NCBI GenBank assembly: GCA_009103225.1
Contig: RHPI01003576.1
Span: 1 to 7,826 of the forward strand
DNA: 7,826 bases
From: Chlorokybus atmophyticus
Lineage: Eukaryota; Plantae; Mesostigma and Chlorokybus algae
Reading direction: 5' to 3'
In this document: one piece after another, positions 6,609 to 7,826 of the stretch
Position numbering within the stretch: position 1 is the stretch's first letter
How the letters are laid out: each line of letters opens with the position of its first letter
Notes under the pieces: generated by a model
What the model saw: the letters and a program-made list of their open reading frames with translations, nothing else
The model's database searches: none
Told to the model about the DNA's origin: nothing
Made by a program: the position numbers and the translations under genes

Positions 6609-7641
6609 TTATGGAAAGCTGACAGCATCAATATTCCACACATACACGGAATGTGTGCACTTTGTGTTGCATGAGGAGTAGTTGGTTAATGTCAAGTTTC
6701 AGATATGTGCATCACGTTTCTCCCAATTGTGCGCCATGTCATGGTTGCCGTAGTGTCACCCGCTCGCCCACCCACATGCATGCGAGCAACTTCTTTGCCC
6801 ATACTCGCGCGAGCACGCACACATGCAATACATTATACTAGTAATGGGTCATATAGTTTTCATATAGTCTCAAGCAAGATTCCCTTTATATCTAAATGTA
6901 TTAAATGCTGTGTAAGAGTGATGTTAGACTTTGAGTATGATTATAATCTCCAAAAAGGTTACCAAAATGACTATATCCTTTCAAATGTAACGACTTGTTT
7001 GCGCATATGTCGATTACTAAGCGGTACAAGCTAAAACAATTTTGTGCCCATGATTATGTACCATACGATGATGATATTATTGGAAATCATTCAATCGATT
7101 GCATTTTTAGATACATGACAACGCAAGCTTCATGCATGTCTCTCAGATGGAACCACTGAAGTTGCTTATATTACATATATCAATTTCATTGTATAATCCT
7201 CACTGACACGGCGTGCCATTAGCAAGCGTGGCATGACATTCATCTGGTTGGCAAATCAAGAATTGATACTTGACACGCGTCTTGCTCACGTATATGAGCG
7301 GCATCATCCAATAAATGTGCTTGCCTGCATGTGTATGTCTCGCCGAGGTCGGACCACTGTTTGCACTTATGAACACATCCCCACCAATGAAGAAAGGTTT
7401 CATATCTGCCGGGATATACGCCCCCCCTATTTTATAATAATCCCACCCCCTCCATTAAGAAAATTTTTTGACTGAAATAATGCATCTATTGCAAGGGGCG
7501 AGGTGGACTTACATTTGTCCTCCTAAAAGTGGATGATACATGACTATAAAAGCTATGCGCCCAAAGTTGTCTTGCCTTGCATTTCTTACCTACGCTATAC
7601 CTTATGTGGTTTAGTGAAAAGGCCCCAGGAACAAGCTATCA

Positions 7642-7826
7642 ATGGAAAACAACAATGTATCTTATGTTGTCCGTGGTGAAACATGGCGAAACCCCTGGCA
7701 AAACGGGCAGTGGCGAAACGTTGCACCGCCTGCACTGGTTCAACCCGCAGGCAATCATCGGACAGTCGCGCGCGAGCCGTTGCTGCCGCTTGAGCACCAC
7801 GGGCAGCAGCAGTGCCCACGCCGGCA
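7642..7826 (+). CDS. Possible first coding exon of a gene running off the right edge (MENNNVSYVVRGETWRNPWQNGQWRNVAPPALVQPAGNHRTVAREPLLPLEHHGQQQCPRR...)
   Basis: The frame is open from ATG 7642 to the window end, GC content rises here, and TATAAAA lies at 7545-7551. No homology was recognised, and another plus frame is also open to the edge. Confidence 0.25.
   Translation, partial: MENNNVSYVVRGETWRNPWQNGQWRNVAPPALVQPAGNHRTVAREPLLPLEHHGQQQCPRR

Noticed and set aside
7068-7159. Box C (ATGATGA) and box D (CTGA) about 90 nt apart, suggesting a C/D snoRNA
   Set aside because: There is no terminal stem and no clear C'/D' boxes, the guide region matches recalled LSU rRNA only partially, and these motifs arise by chance in AT-rich DNA. 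A snoscan run would settle it.
6653-7475. ORFs of 62-109 aa in the AT-rich right-hand region
   Set aside because: No recognisable domains, no coding-like codon bias, and no consistent splice chain.

Overview
Eukaryotic, intron-rich genomic DNA. A green alga is plausible from the tRNA flank and TGTAA motifs, but the lineage is not established. The six-frame ORF track is largely misleading because both real protein genes are spliced. Well supported: (1) an intronless tRNA-Leu(AAG) gene on the minus strand (746-827) with a T7 Pol III terminator; (2) an 8-exon gene on the plus strand (CDS 1120-3286, 359 aa) for an aldo-keto reductase of the voltage-gated K+ channel beta-subunit (Kv-beta/KCNAB/KAB1) family, with all 7 introns in phase 0. 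Reconstructed by hand and absent from the ORF track: (3) a small multi-exon gene (about 5325-6331, about 98 aa) that resembles the Rdx (SelW/SelT/SelH/MIEN1) thioredoxin-like family. It appears to lack the CxxC/CxxU motif and instead ends in SSDGGCG-stop, resembling the GGUG tail of selenoprotein S with Cys in place of Sec; this is the most interesting candidate. The rest is non-coding: an inverted/direct repeat trio beside the tRNA, a palindrome cluster upstream of the Rdx-like gene, microsatellites, strong TGCATG enrichment, and possible gene starts at both window edges. No database searches were run, so family assignments rest on recalled motifs.
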